A DNA stretch of 63,597 bases, filler included, from Octopus bimaculoides (lineage: Eukaryota): NCBI RefSeq assembly GCF_001194135.2. It is 5 parts of 5 records of this genome, joined end to end, with 100 filler letters (N's around TTAATTAATTAA, not from the genome) between each part and the next. Parts side by side here need not be neighbours in the genome. Positions count along the whole stretch, not along the records: positions 1 to 27,964 come from NC_068981.1; 4 more parts are not named here. One strand, 5' to 3'. Under the pieces are notes generated by a model. The model searched no databases and was not told the DNA's origin. It worked only from the letters and a program-made list of their open reading frames with translations. The translations under genes and the position numbers were made by a program. Shown piece by piece: positions 11,601-24,273 of the stretch (the first letter of the stretch is position 1; each line of letters opens with the position of its first letter).

Positions 11601-13564
11601 ATAATAGTGTCTGTCTTTATTTGGGTAACTACTTCTAAACGTCATCTTCTGATTATATACATACACATCTTGCATGCTTGCATTACATATGAAAACTTGT
11701 ACTACTAACTAACATTTATTTTTTTACAAATCAGCAATTGCATATTGTCCGTCCAGATTGTGTCCGTAGCCACTATTCTCGATACCAAAGGAACATAAAA
11801 CAACCCAAGTTAGTCTCAGATTCAGCACCTTTGTATTTTCTCTCCCACAATTTCCCTTGGGTTTCTAGGATTAAAGACTGGAAATTACGATATTTTTTAA
11901 TATTTTCTGAAACTGTTGTATGTCTCCATTCTCCCAATTCTCTTTTGAAAAGTAGACAACTGTTGAAGCGTTTCTTTGGTTTTTGAAGTTTTCTTAAATT
12001 TATTTTCAAATTACCGTTTTAGGTAAAGACGATATATGGCATTAACAAAAATAATTACTGTAAGTGTTTTCAAGGATTAATAATTAACACTTTAAACCAG
12101 TTATTTTGTAGATTTTAAGGAAGAAATTTGGGTTTAGAGTTAAATACGAAAGCAATATTCAATATATTAAATTGCTGAAATTTTTTTCATTCCTATTTGC
12201 AATCTGTTTAAAAAAAATTGCTAACCAACTAATAAGTATATCATATGTTACTTAGTCCGATAATTTGTTTGCCTTTTGTCTAGTGGCTGTTCATAAGTAA
12301 AGTAAAATACCTTGTGATGTTAATATCATTCCTTTGAGTTTTCAGAAGAGTATCTTAACTAGTAAAACTGAGCTTAACGTTAGTTAAAAAATACTCTTCA
12401 GGGAAATAATTTTTTTTTAAATTGTTAGTTTTAGTTATGATTTCCAATCTTACAACAATGACGCACATTAAAAGCAGGATACTACATCTTTAAGGAAAAT
12501 TTGATATACATGTGTCGACATCCAAATTGTATTTCACAGGGCCGAATTTAATTACGGGATGAAAGAAACAGTTATAACATCCATAGAGAGATGAGGGTTA
12601 GAATTACCCCACACCATAGATTACGTTTCACATGCTTTGCATGTATAGCAATCGTAGCCCAGGGCATATTGTATGTTGACAGTTTCTGAAATAAATACCG
12701 AAGTATATTTCCTCTGACTCTATTCAGAAGTGTAACATATGTAACGTTCGTGAATACCGCAGATGTTTCCGTTATATGCACCAATTGTATCTCAGCAACA
12801 AAATATAGTCGCTGCAAGGTTCGCTTTAATTGCTGGAATTAAGTATCCTTCTGATTGATATCTAGCAAATCCACGAGAAAACAAACCGTTACTGCTTGGA
12901 TTAAAAGCCAAATATCTCACTAAGTTGTTAGTTTTATAGATAAATGCATTATAAACAGGCCCAGATATTAGCTATTTAAATCTTTAACTTATTTCTAATG
13001 CTGTGACACAGTAGATACTCTTCCTTTATCTATTTACTTAATTTTCCTCAAAATCAACAAACATAAAGTATCATGAATCTCTCCCAATCTCTTCTGAGTC
13101 TACCATAATATCAATATTGTAGAAAAATTGTATCATTATACACTGCTTCGGAACTTTCTTGCTCCGATGAAATTATTACCAGTCAAATAATTGCAATTTA
13201 TTCAGCTGAATTTTTCTCAAAATCTTTTGGTCTAGTATGTATATTACAGATTATTAGTAATAACATCATCATCAGTAGTAGTAGTTTCAGTTGCAGCAGT
13301 AAATGTTTTAGTTGTTATACAGCTGTTGAAATTTGTGTTATAAACCATCTACGGTCCACTGTGACATAGCAAGTCGAACTACATAGAATAATAATCATTT
13401 TAGCTTAACTCGCTTACAGAGAGTCTTTCGATAATATGAATGTATCCATTTGATCCCGACAAAAATGTTTGTTCATAGGAAAATTGTACTTCATCTTTTG
13501 GCAGTAGCACTTGTATGAAAAATTAGGGTGGGGCGATGAAAAGAACACATATACGTGATATAAA

Positions 13565-13725
13565 TATTGGTTTCAAATTTTGGCAAAAGGGCAGCAACTT
13601 TTAGCGAGAGGTAAGTCGGATACATCGGCCCCAGTGCTCAACTGATACTTATTTTATCGACCCCGATAGAATGAAAATAAGGTTGGACTTGGCGGAATTT
13701 GAAGTGAGAACGTAAAGACGGACGA
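13565..13725 (-). mobile_element. Family B SINE (partial)
   Basis: ttggtttcaaattttggca...ggtaagtcg...ttatcgacccc...ggcggaatttgaa...aacgtaaagacggacgaa. Confidence 0.8.
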
Positions 13726-13942
13726 ACACATCATAAATATTTCCAATCAAATAACGATAAAAATGTTAATGAGAGCTACCATCATCTTTCGCATTCAAGA
13801 CTTCAAATATAAGAGTACAAAAGTCATCCATCAAAATTCTATGTATGGTGAAGGCGCAATAAGATAGTCTGGTTTATGAATCTATAATAATAAATGCCAA
13901 AACTAATTTGTGTGTCACACTTTGACCCCATCTCTCACTATA

Positions 13943-14190
13943 CTATGACACTTGAGATGGTAATGGAGTGATAGTAATAGTATGAACTGTAGTTGTGATA
14001 GAGGCGGAGGTGGCGGTGATGATGTTGGTAACTGAAGTGGTGAAGCATGACGGTGATATTAAGGGATACAGTGGTGTTGGTGGTGGAGGTGAAGGCGACG
14101 AAGTAAAAGGTGTTGCTGTTAGTGGTGAATGGTGTGTGTTTATGGCAGTTGTGGTAGCGATGGTAGCGGTACTAGTGATGGTTGAAAACA
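13943..14190. repeat. Low-complexity GGT/GAT/GTA-rich tract
   Basis: Degenerate trinucleotide composition that produces spurious ORFs on both strands. Confidence 0.8.
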
Positions 14191-14829
14191 ATCAACAGAA
14201 AGAGAGTGTAAGAATAGGAAAGCAAAAAACATGTTTATCATGAAGCTTTGCAATAAGTTCCAAGTCAACATATTATATTGCTTGAAAAATATTGGTCAAG
14301 TTTAATAAAAATTAATATGTACTCAATGCACGATCTGTCATTATTGGGCTCAAGGCCCAATGAAGAACCCTGCAAAAGCCGTCCTATCGGGCGGCTTTTA
14401 ATATATGGCACTTCTTTGTGCAATTACCAAACGGGTCCTACAGGTAACCTGACATATTGATGGTAAGCAATTGAACCACTCAACGTAAATTTGATGTGAC
14501 TCGAAACTTTAAAGACAGTAAAAGAAGTTGAAACATATACGTTAAATATTACGGGATTCAAGTAGAATGTAAGCAGTGAATAAATGCGTGTTTGTTAACA
14601 CAAGCATTGCAGATTGTAAGCAATTAATAACAGAATTATTCCGGAAATTTTACTTAAATTATTTAGATTTTGTTTGTGATGAAGAGTAATCTGTCCAAAT
14701 ACTATTGATAATAATGAACGCTTCACAAGTAATCAAGGATATATACAGTGAAGTAAGTGACAGTGGCATATAATTCAAGGAGAGAAAATGGCAGGTTTTC
14801 ACCCAAAATTCTCAATATTGAAAAACGAT

Positions 14830-15020
14830 TAGTATGCCGGGCAAATGCTTAGTGGCATTTCGTCCGTCACTACGTTTTCGGTTCAAATTCAGCCCGGTCG
14901 AATTTGCATCTGATTCTTTCGAGGTCGATGAAATAGCTACCAGTTAAGGACTGGGGTCGATGTAGTCGACTTACCCCACCATCAAAATTGTTGGCATTGT
15001 ACCAAAATTTGAAACTATTA
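14830..15020 (+). mobile_element. Family B SINE
   Basis: ttagtatgccgggcaaatgcttagtggcatttcgtccg...ggttcaaattc...ggggtcgatgtagtcgacttacccc...ccaaaatttgaaac. Confidence 0.85.
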
Positions 15021-15164
15021 TTGGAAAACATTCCATGGCAGACTGTGTGTCATCTTGTGCAGGAACCGGGGAATGGGAAATATTGCAGCGTTTTATCTAA
15101 TACGTTCAAATGGCAAGCTATTTCAGTGTCTGTGGTGTAAATATTGATTTCAAATTTTGCCACC

Positions 15165-15345
15165 AAGCAAGCAATTCTGGAGGAGGGGTTAGTCGATTGC
15201 ATCTGCCCCAGTGCTCATTTTACACTTATTTTATCGACCACGAAATGATGAAAGTCGACCTCAACGGAATTTAAACTAAGACTGTGAAATACAGCTGAGT
15301 ATTTCACCCGGCGTACTAAAGATTCTGCTAGCTCACTGCCTTGGC
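15165..15345 (-). mobile_element. Family B SINE
   Basis: Reverse-orientation match to the same consensus. Confidence 0.8.
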
Positions 15346-17034
15346 AGTGTAAACATTGAAACAATGTGAAACTAAGAATTAATACTCCTGTGTAATAAAC
15401 CCGATTTAATCATTTGGATTATTGCTAAGGTTTATAGCCCTCTTTTTTTTTGCTCTTAATTTACTACTGGACTTGAAACAATCCATCGTTTGTCTATGAA
15501 GAAGCTGAACTAAGAGCGGTGTTTCAAAGTTTTATCATTACTGCCTTAATTAAAATTGGCGAGATACACAATTTATGTGTATAAATGTCGGAAGGACTTC
15601 CGCACGTTATCTTCTTTGATATGTATATAAACCGAACATTTGCTTCCTCCATTTCAGTTTAGTACAGTGCGATATTTTTGATATTTAACATTCCCGAAAA
15701 CAATAAATATAAAGGATTTACAAGAAAAATATGACAAGTGATTCAAACAAATATTAGACATTCTACTGTGCCGGAGCACTGACTAACCAAAGCAGCGGAT
15801 AAAAAAAAATCGATTTTATTAATTCGATATGAACCACGGAGTGAAAGCTGCCTCAGCATTGAATGTACTTATATACTGAAGCAATTAACGTCTATCTTTA
15901 CTAACTAAATATACGTGGGCGCACATACACAAGGGCGCAGTTAGGGACATATGTTCGTGCGTATATATACGTATGTGAGCAATAACTTCATTTCATGCAT
16001 TCGTACAAAATGCGTACATCTGTTATTCTGTTCAGATGACTACACTAGGTTAATTCTTGATTTCAATATTGAAACACTGGAGTTATAAATTAAAATCTGT
16101 TGTTATCACTCTTTACCAAGCATCTCAAGGAAATTGTGAAAGCGAGTTTTTTTTTTATGAAAAAGCAATATCGGTCATCAAAAGGATACAAAATAAACAT
16201 TGTAAGAATCTCTAAAAGGAAACATTACGTGAACATTTTCGTTGATTAACTTTTGCTGTAGGTAAAAAAAAAATAATAACATGAAGCGCTGAAACAATTC
16301 TGTATTTTAATTTTGATTTGAAGCATCTTAGCGTTAGAGTTTATGTTGATAAGTACACAGTCAATGTTTGTAACATACACGAACATAATCAACCATATTT
16401 GACAGCTGGTGGTAAAGAAAAACAAGCATATAATATTTCCACCATGCACTTAGGAATCAAAAGTAATTTATATTATTCAAACCCCAGTTTGTCAATACCT
16501 CAGCGTTTTAAATAAACTCAGAATTTCGTTAACAAAAGCTCGCTTTATGACAAGTTTTCCTGGTTTTACACTATGTATTTTGAATAAATACAATCTAAGT
16601 GAACTTTAACAAATTCCGAAGTTTTGAAAACAGGATTATTAGGTTGAAGACCATATCGTTTAGATAATTTTTTTTATGACGTGTGATAATTTAACAATAT
16701 GTGTAACAAGGCACATTTTCTTTTTCACTACTATTTCCAACCAAAAACACAAATGCAGAAATTAATGCTACTTGACAACATGACTTTTATATAAATCATA
16801 CAGAAATGGATATGAGAAAAATACTTATGTGTATACGCACAAGTTCTTAGGAGAAATGTGCCAACTCAAACGTCTTAATGTTTCCTGTGCTGTAGTTTGA
16901 TCTACGAATACATGTGGCTTTCGCCTTATTGAAAATAGTATTGGAAATTCTCTCAGTAGATGACAAACTATACATTAAGTCTGTAAAATCAACTGAATTT
17001 TGAACACAAGCTATGTGTTTGTTAGTCTGCACTG

Positions 17035-17082
<48 letters not shown>

Positions 17083-17413
17083 TTGATACAGATGATGCTG
17101 TTTTTTTCCTGCATATGATCATGTCATCATATACTGGAAAGAATTTTGGTGGCTGTCTTTATTGCATGTGATAATTTACAACATCCCTAATAGCTATATC
17201 ATCAAGGTGTCATTTGTTTTCTCGAACACATGATGCATAATTAAGACTGAATAACAACAGTGGAAAAAAATGTAACTTTGAAACAAAGGCGGGTTCTTAT
17301 TTCGTGATCAGTATACGTTCACGGACATTTTTGAAATAAGTATTACTCGAAACTATAATATTAGAAGCCTTCTAACGTAGAGAAAATGTGCTTTAGGTGC
17401 TGTTTATATACGT

Positions 17414-17887
17414 CTAGTGCAAAAGAGCTTGGTCTAATTCTTGAGAATTTTCACTTAAAACAACATTTGAAAAATCTGAAATTGTCGACTGATCAGTACT
17501 TGCAGGTGAATTACAGTATTGTGAATCTGCATTCAACAGTTCGTAATACAATTTTTGGGAATTATTTGTGTTACTACGTGGTCGAGGTTCAATATGATAT
17601 AAACTAGGATCAGGTGAAATTTTATCCATTCTTAAGCAAACAATATCTTTTTTAATAGGAAAACATACATCGAATATCACAAATCGGCACCTTATATTTA
17701 TTAGGTAACAGATCATGCCAATAAACGGTAAGCAAAGAATTATTATTGCACACGATGCAAGTATTTGACCGGTTATTGAATTGTTCTTAACTACGGTTTC
17801 ATTTTCCGGTGTTGTCATCGCAGCACAACACAACAAAACAGTAGAGAGGATGAAGCACAGGTTAAATCGAATTCTTTCTGTTTTCAT
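17414..17887 (-). CDS. Putative small single-pass type I membrane protein (157 aa, no recognised family)
   Basis: Intact ATG-to-TAG ORF 2 nt after a strong acceptor (tttttttctctcttcAG|atATG). Signal-peptide-like residues 1-23, short ectodomain with N-glycosylation sequons NET and NNS, hydrophobic segment ILASCAIIILCLPFIGMICYLI, and a Ser/Tyr-rich acidic tail. Confidence 0.7.
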   Translation of the reverse strand: MKTERIRFNLCFILSTVLLCCAAMTTPENETVVKNNSITGQILASCAIIILCLPFIGMICYLINIRCRFVIFDVCFPIKKDIVCLRMDKISPDPSLYHIEPRPRSNTNNSQKLYYELLNADSQYCNSPASTDQSTISDFSNVVLSENSQELDQALLH

Positions 17888-18824
17888 ATCTGAAGAGAGA
17901 AAAAAATAGAACTTTACAATTGTTGAATTGCAAAAATAACATAAAAATTAACTAAAGGCCGAACGCAATAGTATATAAAACTATTATTACTAATTGGACA
18001 GAAGAAGAGTAATATGAATGAATCTCTACATCTATAGATATTGACTAACTCTCCGGCTAACATAATTTTTTCGTCGAGGAGCAAATAACTGCATTTAATT
18101 TACAAAAAAAAAAAAAAAAAAAAAAAAAATCTTGTCTGCAATACAATTCTTGATAACAAGCATCAACAGGACATATGACAAAGAAACACATCTTTAGAGA
18201 TTTTCTATTTAAATGTTCCTTACGTATAATTATTAACAAAACCAGCATTTACTTTTTTCCTTTTTATGTGATTGGATATGTTCTCATAATTGCCAAACAA
18301 TTGATGTCCACTAAAGTACTCCTCTCTGATGTTTGCTACAAATTTAGCATTATCACGGTATAATAGCTTTCCCGACAAATTCACGCATTCCTGGTTTAAA
18401 AATTATATTATTATAATTTATTAAAACTACACTTTTTTAGAATAACAATGTCTTTCGCACAATGTACCTACCAAATTTTGAACTCAAAATCATTTCATCA
18501 CTTTCACATTACAATATATTCATTACATTCGTATTGTCTCTAAAAGAAGTCGAACCTTTCATTCTGAAGATCAATTTTAATAAATTACTTCATTTAATCT
18601 TTATTAAAACAAAATACGTGCGCAGAAACTGTCCCAAGAACTAAAAAACTTGAAACAAACGCCCGACTGAGGAGACCAACACCGCTTGTTTGTTTTAATA
18701 CCGTTATAGCATTATATCACACAAACACATATATGAATTCTTAAAGGCAAACCATTTTCCGAATCTGAAGTGAACTGTAAACAAACAAGACACCTTGAAA
18801 GCCAATTTTCAACTGTTAATCTAG

Positions 18825-19185
18825 TACTGCTTTACCGACCCTGGAGGACGAAAGGCAATGTGAAACTAGGCTGAATTTGATCTCAGAACGAGAGGAGGGA
18901 CGAAATGTCGCTAAGCATTTTGCCTGGCTCGCTTAATATTTCTACTAGCTCACCGCCTTGGAGGTATTGATTTCAAATTTTGGCACGAAGCCAGCACTTT
19001 CGTAGGAGTGGGTAAGTCGATTACATCAATCCCAATATTCAACTCATTCTTATTATATCGATCCCGAAAGGATGAAAAGCAAAGTGGACGTTGACGGCCT
19101 TTTAACTCAGAATATGCAAACGTACGAAATGCCGCTAAGCATTTCACCGGGTCTGCTAACGACTCCGATAGCCCACCGCCTTAGC
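18825..19185 (-). mobile_element. Two tandem family B SINE copies
   Basis: Two consecutive matches ending in ...ctagctcaccgcc and ...gatagcccaccgcc. Confidence 0.85.
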
Positions 19186-20342
19186 GGTATCAAATATCAA
19201 AATGGATTTAATGAGAGTTTAAAGTTAGCCTTCAGAACACATATCAGACGCTAATTGTATATTACCGAGAAGAAAATATAAAAATTATGACATTTCTTGC
19301 TTAACGTAATATATGTAATGAAGCTCAATACATATTTTATCAGATGTTTCAAGTGAAGCAAAAACCCGGTTTGCAAAATATTTTACACAAAATTTTTTTT
19401 TTTTTTTTGACAGCTGGGAGTTAGTGGTCCATGTAAGAAAATATTTGTTACATGAAGACTTATCGTTCGATAAAAAGAATATTGTCTTAATCCATTACAC
19501 TTTTCATGGTGAATATCAGATATTCCAATGGATAGATTACAGTGTAGGCGTCTACAAAATAAGACAAACCATACTTTACAATTTGTAAGTAGTGCCAATA
19601 ATTTAACTGAAATTCCTCGGTTGTACTTAAATATATTACGAATAAAAGGGGTACCGAATGGCCAATAATAACTTCTCTTAATACTGTATCAGCGAATATT
19701 TTGTAATAATACTTTAGCCGTAGCATTTAGACGCCTTGGTCATGTACGAGAAATATTTTCACAAAAAGATTCACACATTATAAGAATAATATATACTGGG
19801 TGTTTATTGTTAAAGCAGTAGAACAATTGAAATCTCCCGCGAATTATTTTCTAAGTAAAAATATATTATGAGTAATGTTAGAAAATATAATTGGTAATTT
19901 AATTTTATATTCAAAGAACTGCTTCGGTGAATCTTTGCGCTGGAGCTGCGAAAGTTCTAGAAAACGTAATAATGCGAAATCCACTTGTGATGATCTGTTT
20001 TACTCTCATAATTTAATTAAATTCTACTAGCTGCTACTGTAGTGACTTATAACTGAATAAAAGCTGGTGACATATAAAATTCAATTTATTTAATATCCAA
20101 TTTGTGGAAAATAATAGAATTACCCTAGAATTAATGTACGTCGATTATCATAGTGAAATTCAAGAATGATGTTTTCGTATATCCTGTCAATTTAAATTCC
20201 TTGAAAGTATATAAGAAAAAACGTGTCACCCATTTTTAAAAATGTATAACGTAAAATATAGTTAATCAGTGGTAAACACTGACAACCACAGCCTCTAAAG
20301 TTTATACACTTGTTTGAAAGAGCTGATTAATTCCGAGATCTC

Positions 20343-20383
<41 letters not shown>

Positions 20384-20988
20384 TGTGTGTGTATTGATAT
20401 CGGTAGGTGAGTGTGACTTTCAACTCAGACAAAACTACGTCGCGATACGATATAGCATTTAGAAAATTTAAACAATCATTTCGTGTTAATTTACGAAGAC
20501 AAAGAAGCTAAAGCTTATGCCTTGAATTAGAAATCATAAGTCCCATGTAAGATATTTTAGCGTTATCAATGTTGATATTACCTGTCTTCGACTGTTAATG
20601 TTCTATTCAGAATGAGGTTTATGTTTCGCTGATTCGAACTGCCGTCGTCTTTATGAGATCAGTGGAGTAAATCCAGTAATATTTGAGATTATATAAAATA
20701 GGGTTTCCACAAAATATTAAGCATTTGACAGAGATATTCAGTTCAATGTTTTCGGAGAATAATAAATCTAAACAAAAATATAATTCAGAGGTTCTCGGTA
20801 AATAATTTGTACTTAATCCTGCAAAGGTAAAAATTCTAATACAGGTTTTCGTAGATATGTAAAAAGCATTTGTTTCCCTGTATTTGTTTCATACATTTTG
20901 AAGTGGAATTTTCTAATATTTGCATGCAAAAGAAAGCTCACATTGAATTCCACTCCCAAATTGTTTGTGCAATAAGCTCTTCTTGGGG

Positions 20989-21260
20989 GGCGGCGAGCTG
21001 GCAGAAGCGTTAGCACGCCGGGCGAAATGCTCAGAGGTCTTTCGTCTGCCGTTACGTTCTGAGTTCAAATTCCGCTGAGGCCGACTTTGCCTTTCATCCA
21101 CTCAGGGTCGATAAATTAAATACCAGTTACGCACTGGCGTCGATAAACTCGACTTAATCCCTTTCTCCTTGTTTGTCCTCTCTATGTTTAGCCCCTTGTG
21201 GGCATTAAAGAAATAAGAAACGGTAGCACCTCAGGCGACATGCTTAGCGGTATCCCGTCT
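20989..21260 (+). mobile_element. Family B SINE with alternative 3' tail, followed by a second SINE head
   Basis: ggcggcgagctggcagaagcgttagcacgccgggcgaaatgc...tail ...tctatgtttagccccttgtgggcattaaagaaata, directly followed by agaaacggtagcac...gcttagcggtatcccgtct (head of the interrupted SINE). Confidence 0.9.
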
Positions 21261-24200
21261 CTGTGAAGTTAATACGTGAGTTTATGTTGAACTGTTTATT
21301 GAATTGTTGCCATTATTGATTGAAGTATCGTTTTGTTTCCCATCGTGGGAAAATGGAGAAGGAGCCGGAGGCAGGCTCAAGTTATGCGACCGCAACGAGT
21401 AAAGGAGTAGACACGCGAGAGTTGGAGGTCCGCGAGATAGAAGTGGAGCCTAGAAAGATGAAGAAGAGTGAGAAATTAATCACAAAGGTAGGGAACATTT
21501 TGAAGCTGACACCACCTGATGAGCTATCGGCCAACGTGACAAAAAGAACGGTTATATTTAAAACCATGAAGGCAGCCATGAGAAAGATAGAAATAGCACC
21601 AATAGAGGCCATAGAGGAATGTGTTAAGAATATAAAAAGATTCACAACATATATTACGAGAGGGAGAAGATAAGCCACTGTGGAGGTGCGCTTCACAACA
21701 GAGGAGGAAGCAATAAAGCACTCCACAGAGGCAATAGGGACAGAGGAATGGGTGCTCTTGCCTTCGTATTGCGGCAACCGTGTGGCCAAAGTGCAAGTCG
21801 ATAAGGTGTCACCCGAATTGAAAGAAGAATGGCTGATGACAGCCATAATATATAATACGAAAGACAGGAAGATACTGAAGACTACAAGAACCCAAAAGGT
21901 AGATTACTGAGGATATGGGATCGAATTAACAATTCAGGCAACAACGAAGGACTTGAACAGTGTAGTGGAGGAGATTGTGCTGCCAGAAGGTGTGAGACTG
22001 AGAGATATTGTGGAGGGAAGGCCGCCAGTGTGTTTCACATGTGGAGAAAGGGGCCACATGAAGGCATGGTGCACCCAAATAAAGCCACAAACAGGACAAG
22101 AGGAGAGGCACTAGAGTGTGAACCAGGTAGTACAGGACAAGGCAACAGAAAAAGAAACAGAAAAAGAAGTGTAGAAGGGATTCGCTATAGTTAAAAAGAA
22201 AAGAAGGAGGAGCGGAGGAATGAGTTCTCCGCCAGAGTAGCAGAAAAAGAAGAGAGAAGAGGTGAGAAAAGAAACTGTGAAGGAGGGAAGTAGGAAGGAA
22301 AAAGAAAGTAAAAAGAAAGTGGAGTTACCAGTGGAGAAAGTGTCGGAAACACAACTATTATCTTTATTACGGGCATATAGCCCTTACAAAGAATGGACAC
22401 CACATACAAACAGTTCTCTTACTACAGTTTTTAATCTTTTAACTCTTCATTTGTTAAATATTCCATCAGATCCTCTGTCGTAACACCATTCGGCAGATTC
22501 TCTTAACGCACATATAATCCATTGGCTGTAATTTTTACAGGGAACATCTCCTTAAACTTCTCCATTTTATCCATCTCTAATAGTTCTGCTTTTGCATATT
22601 CTTCAAACACCTCCGGTCCAGTTTCACTCATATTAACCCTTTTACTTCAGATAACCTCTTCGCTATCTCCGTCTCTTTGGCATAATACATTGTCGTTCTC
22701 AAATTTCTTCCTTTAGGATTTCCATTTAGCCATATATATCCCATCTTCTCTTGCACTCTCTCCTCCCACTCATCAATTTTCGCCGCTTTTGCTGGATCTC
22801 ATACATATTTGTATACATTCTCAGGTTCTTGAGTTCGCTCCTCTATGTTTTCCTCTATGTTTTCCTTTTCCTCCAGTGTTTTCTTTTTCTCTTTCTTTTT
22901 TTAAGGGGTTTTTGGAAGCGATTCTATTCGCGCTCTCTTTCTCTCTGCTGCAGTTCCCTCCACCTTTTTTCCTCCTTCTCTTTTTCTTCTTCCACCGCTT
23001 CTTCACTCGCTACTACTTCCTCCATCTGTACTTCTCTTAGGGGACACTTTTCCTGCACGTAGGCCCTACTTCTACATATATAGCACACGGATAGTCTCCC
23101 CTCCACCACGACTCTCAGTTGGGTGTCATCGGGGAGCGCCATTTCCTACGCTATGTTGTGTAGATCTGGTAGGGTTATATGGGTTAAAATTTCAAACCCC
23201 AAACCCCACCAGTTGATCTCCTTTGATTTTTCCACTTTGACAATTTGAAATTCCTCCTTGCAATTAAAAATTACTGCTGCTTTTAACCATTCTTCATCTA
23301 TCTCGTGGGGTATTCTTCCTATCCTTATCATTGCTGCTCTTCTGCCGCAGTATACAGGTAAAATTGCCCACTTATCTGTACTCAGGGGTACAGTGGAGTA
23401 CTTCTTCACTCTTCAAATGTACTACCACTGTACCAAATCTCTTGCCTCTTGCGTAAAATGTTGTTACGTCTTTAATTTTTTTTTAGACATTCTTCAATTT
23501 CGTCCATCTCTGCTAGCTAAATTCTCTTTGTAGTCACATTTAATGTCTTATGAATAATTATTTTCTGTTCGGCTCTTTGTACAGCTTCCTTTGGTGGAGT
23601 AACCCGCAGGCAGATTCCTTCCTTCTTAATAAATTCTCTTCCAGCCAAATACACAAACGCCAACTCTGAAGAACTCCACTCAACTGCGTCGGAAACCCAA
23701 CTGTATGAAGGTGAGACTATTTATGGAGGAAGTAAAGAGCGAACCAAAAGTCCAAGAGAAAAGAAAGAAGATACGAGGAGGAGAAGGAGTATGGTTTTTG
23801 TAATGTACCCAAAAAATGTTGAAATGGAGAAAAAAATAATCAAGTTACATTCAATAGTAAGAGTGAAGGTGCCTTCATATGTCTATGCGGAGGATATGAA
23901 GGCAGTATTGATCGACGAGGAAAACTACAGAAAATTGAAAGAGATGTGTGGAGATAACGTTGACCCGCCAGGAGTGGAGGTGGAATTTAAAGAGTTGCCA
24001 CCAGTGGTGGATTTAAGAGATATCGAACCACTAATGAAGTTCTACTAAAGACAAAAGTATGAAATTCGAAAAAGAACAGTTGTAAATAATACTTATAACG
24101 GTTCAAATGGTACTGCATGGGAGTGGGGCGCATACGTCCATTTTCATTTTTTTCATTTTTATATAACTTTCATTTCATTTACATTCATTTTATGCTCTTT

Positions 24201-24273
24201 GTTCCTTCTGTGGTCTTGTCTGTCCTTGTGGTGTCCCCATCTATGTTTAGGGCTCTATGCCTAATAAAGAAAT
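21261..24273 (+). mobile_element. ORF1-only (HAL1-like) non-LTR retroelement composite, interrupted by an inverted paralogue
   Basis: ORF1 from ATG 21353 with in-frame stops; CX2CX4HX4C knuckle CFTCGERGHMKAWC at 22031-22072; K/E-rich linker; C-terminal part ends TAA at 24046-24048; ~225-nt 3' UTR with AATAAA at 24263-24268; no endonuclease or RT. Flanked by cggtatcccgtct (21248-21260) and cgatattttgtct (24274-24286). Confidence 0.75.
22411..23670 (-). mobile_element. Inverted, diverged paralogue of the ORF1-only element (5'-truncated, no 3' UTR)
   Basis: LRVTPP..IEECLKKIK..RGKR..WAILPVYCGRR..EEWL..VVEGRLSVCYIC aligns with the plus-strand LKLTPP..IEECVKNIK..RGRR..WVLLPSYCGNR..EEWL..IVEGRPPVCFTC; KAELLEMDKMEKFKEMF aligns with KAVLIDEENYRKLKEMC at ~23900-23945. 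Confidence 0.8.

Noticed and set aside
12572-12817. Minus ORF with NLWCGV, faintly like a Tc1/mariner catalytic-domain motif
   Set aside because: Only one weak motif and no other transposase blocks or TIRs found.
13943-14243. Overlapping Thr/Pro-rich and Val/Gly-rich ORFs
   Set aside because: Low-complexity trinucleotide tract with no splice or homology support.
21382-21846. 154-aa hydrophobic minus-strand ORF (and similar ones at 22522-23062 and 23258-23533)
   Set aside because: Antisense shadows of the purine-rich ORF1-like elements.
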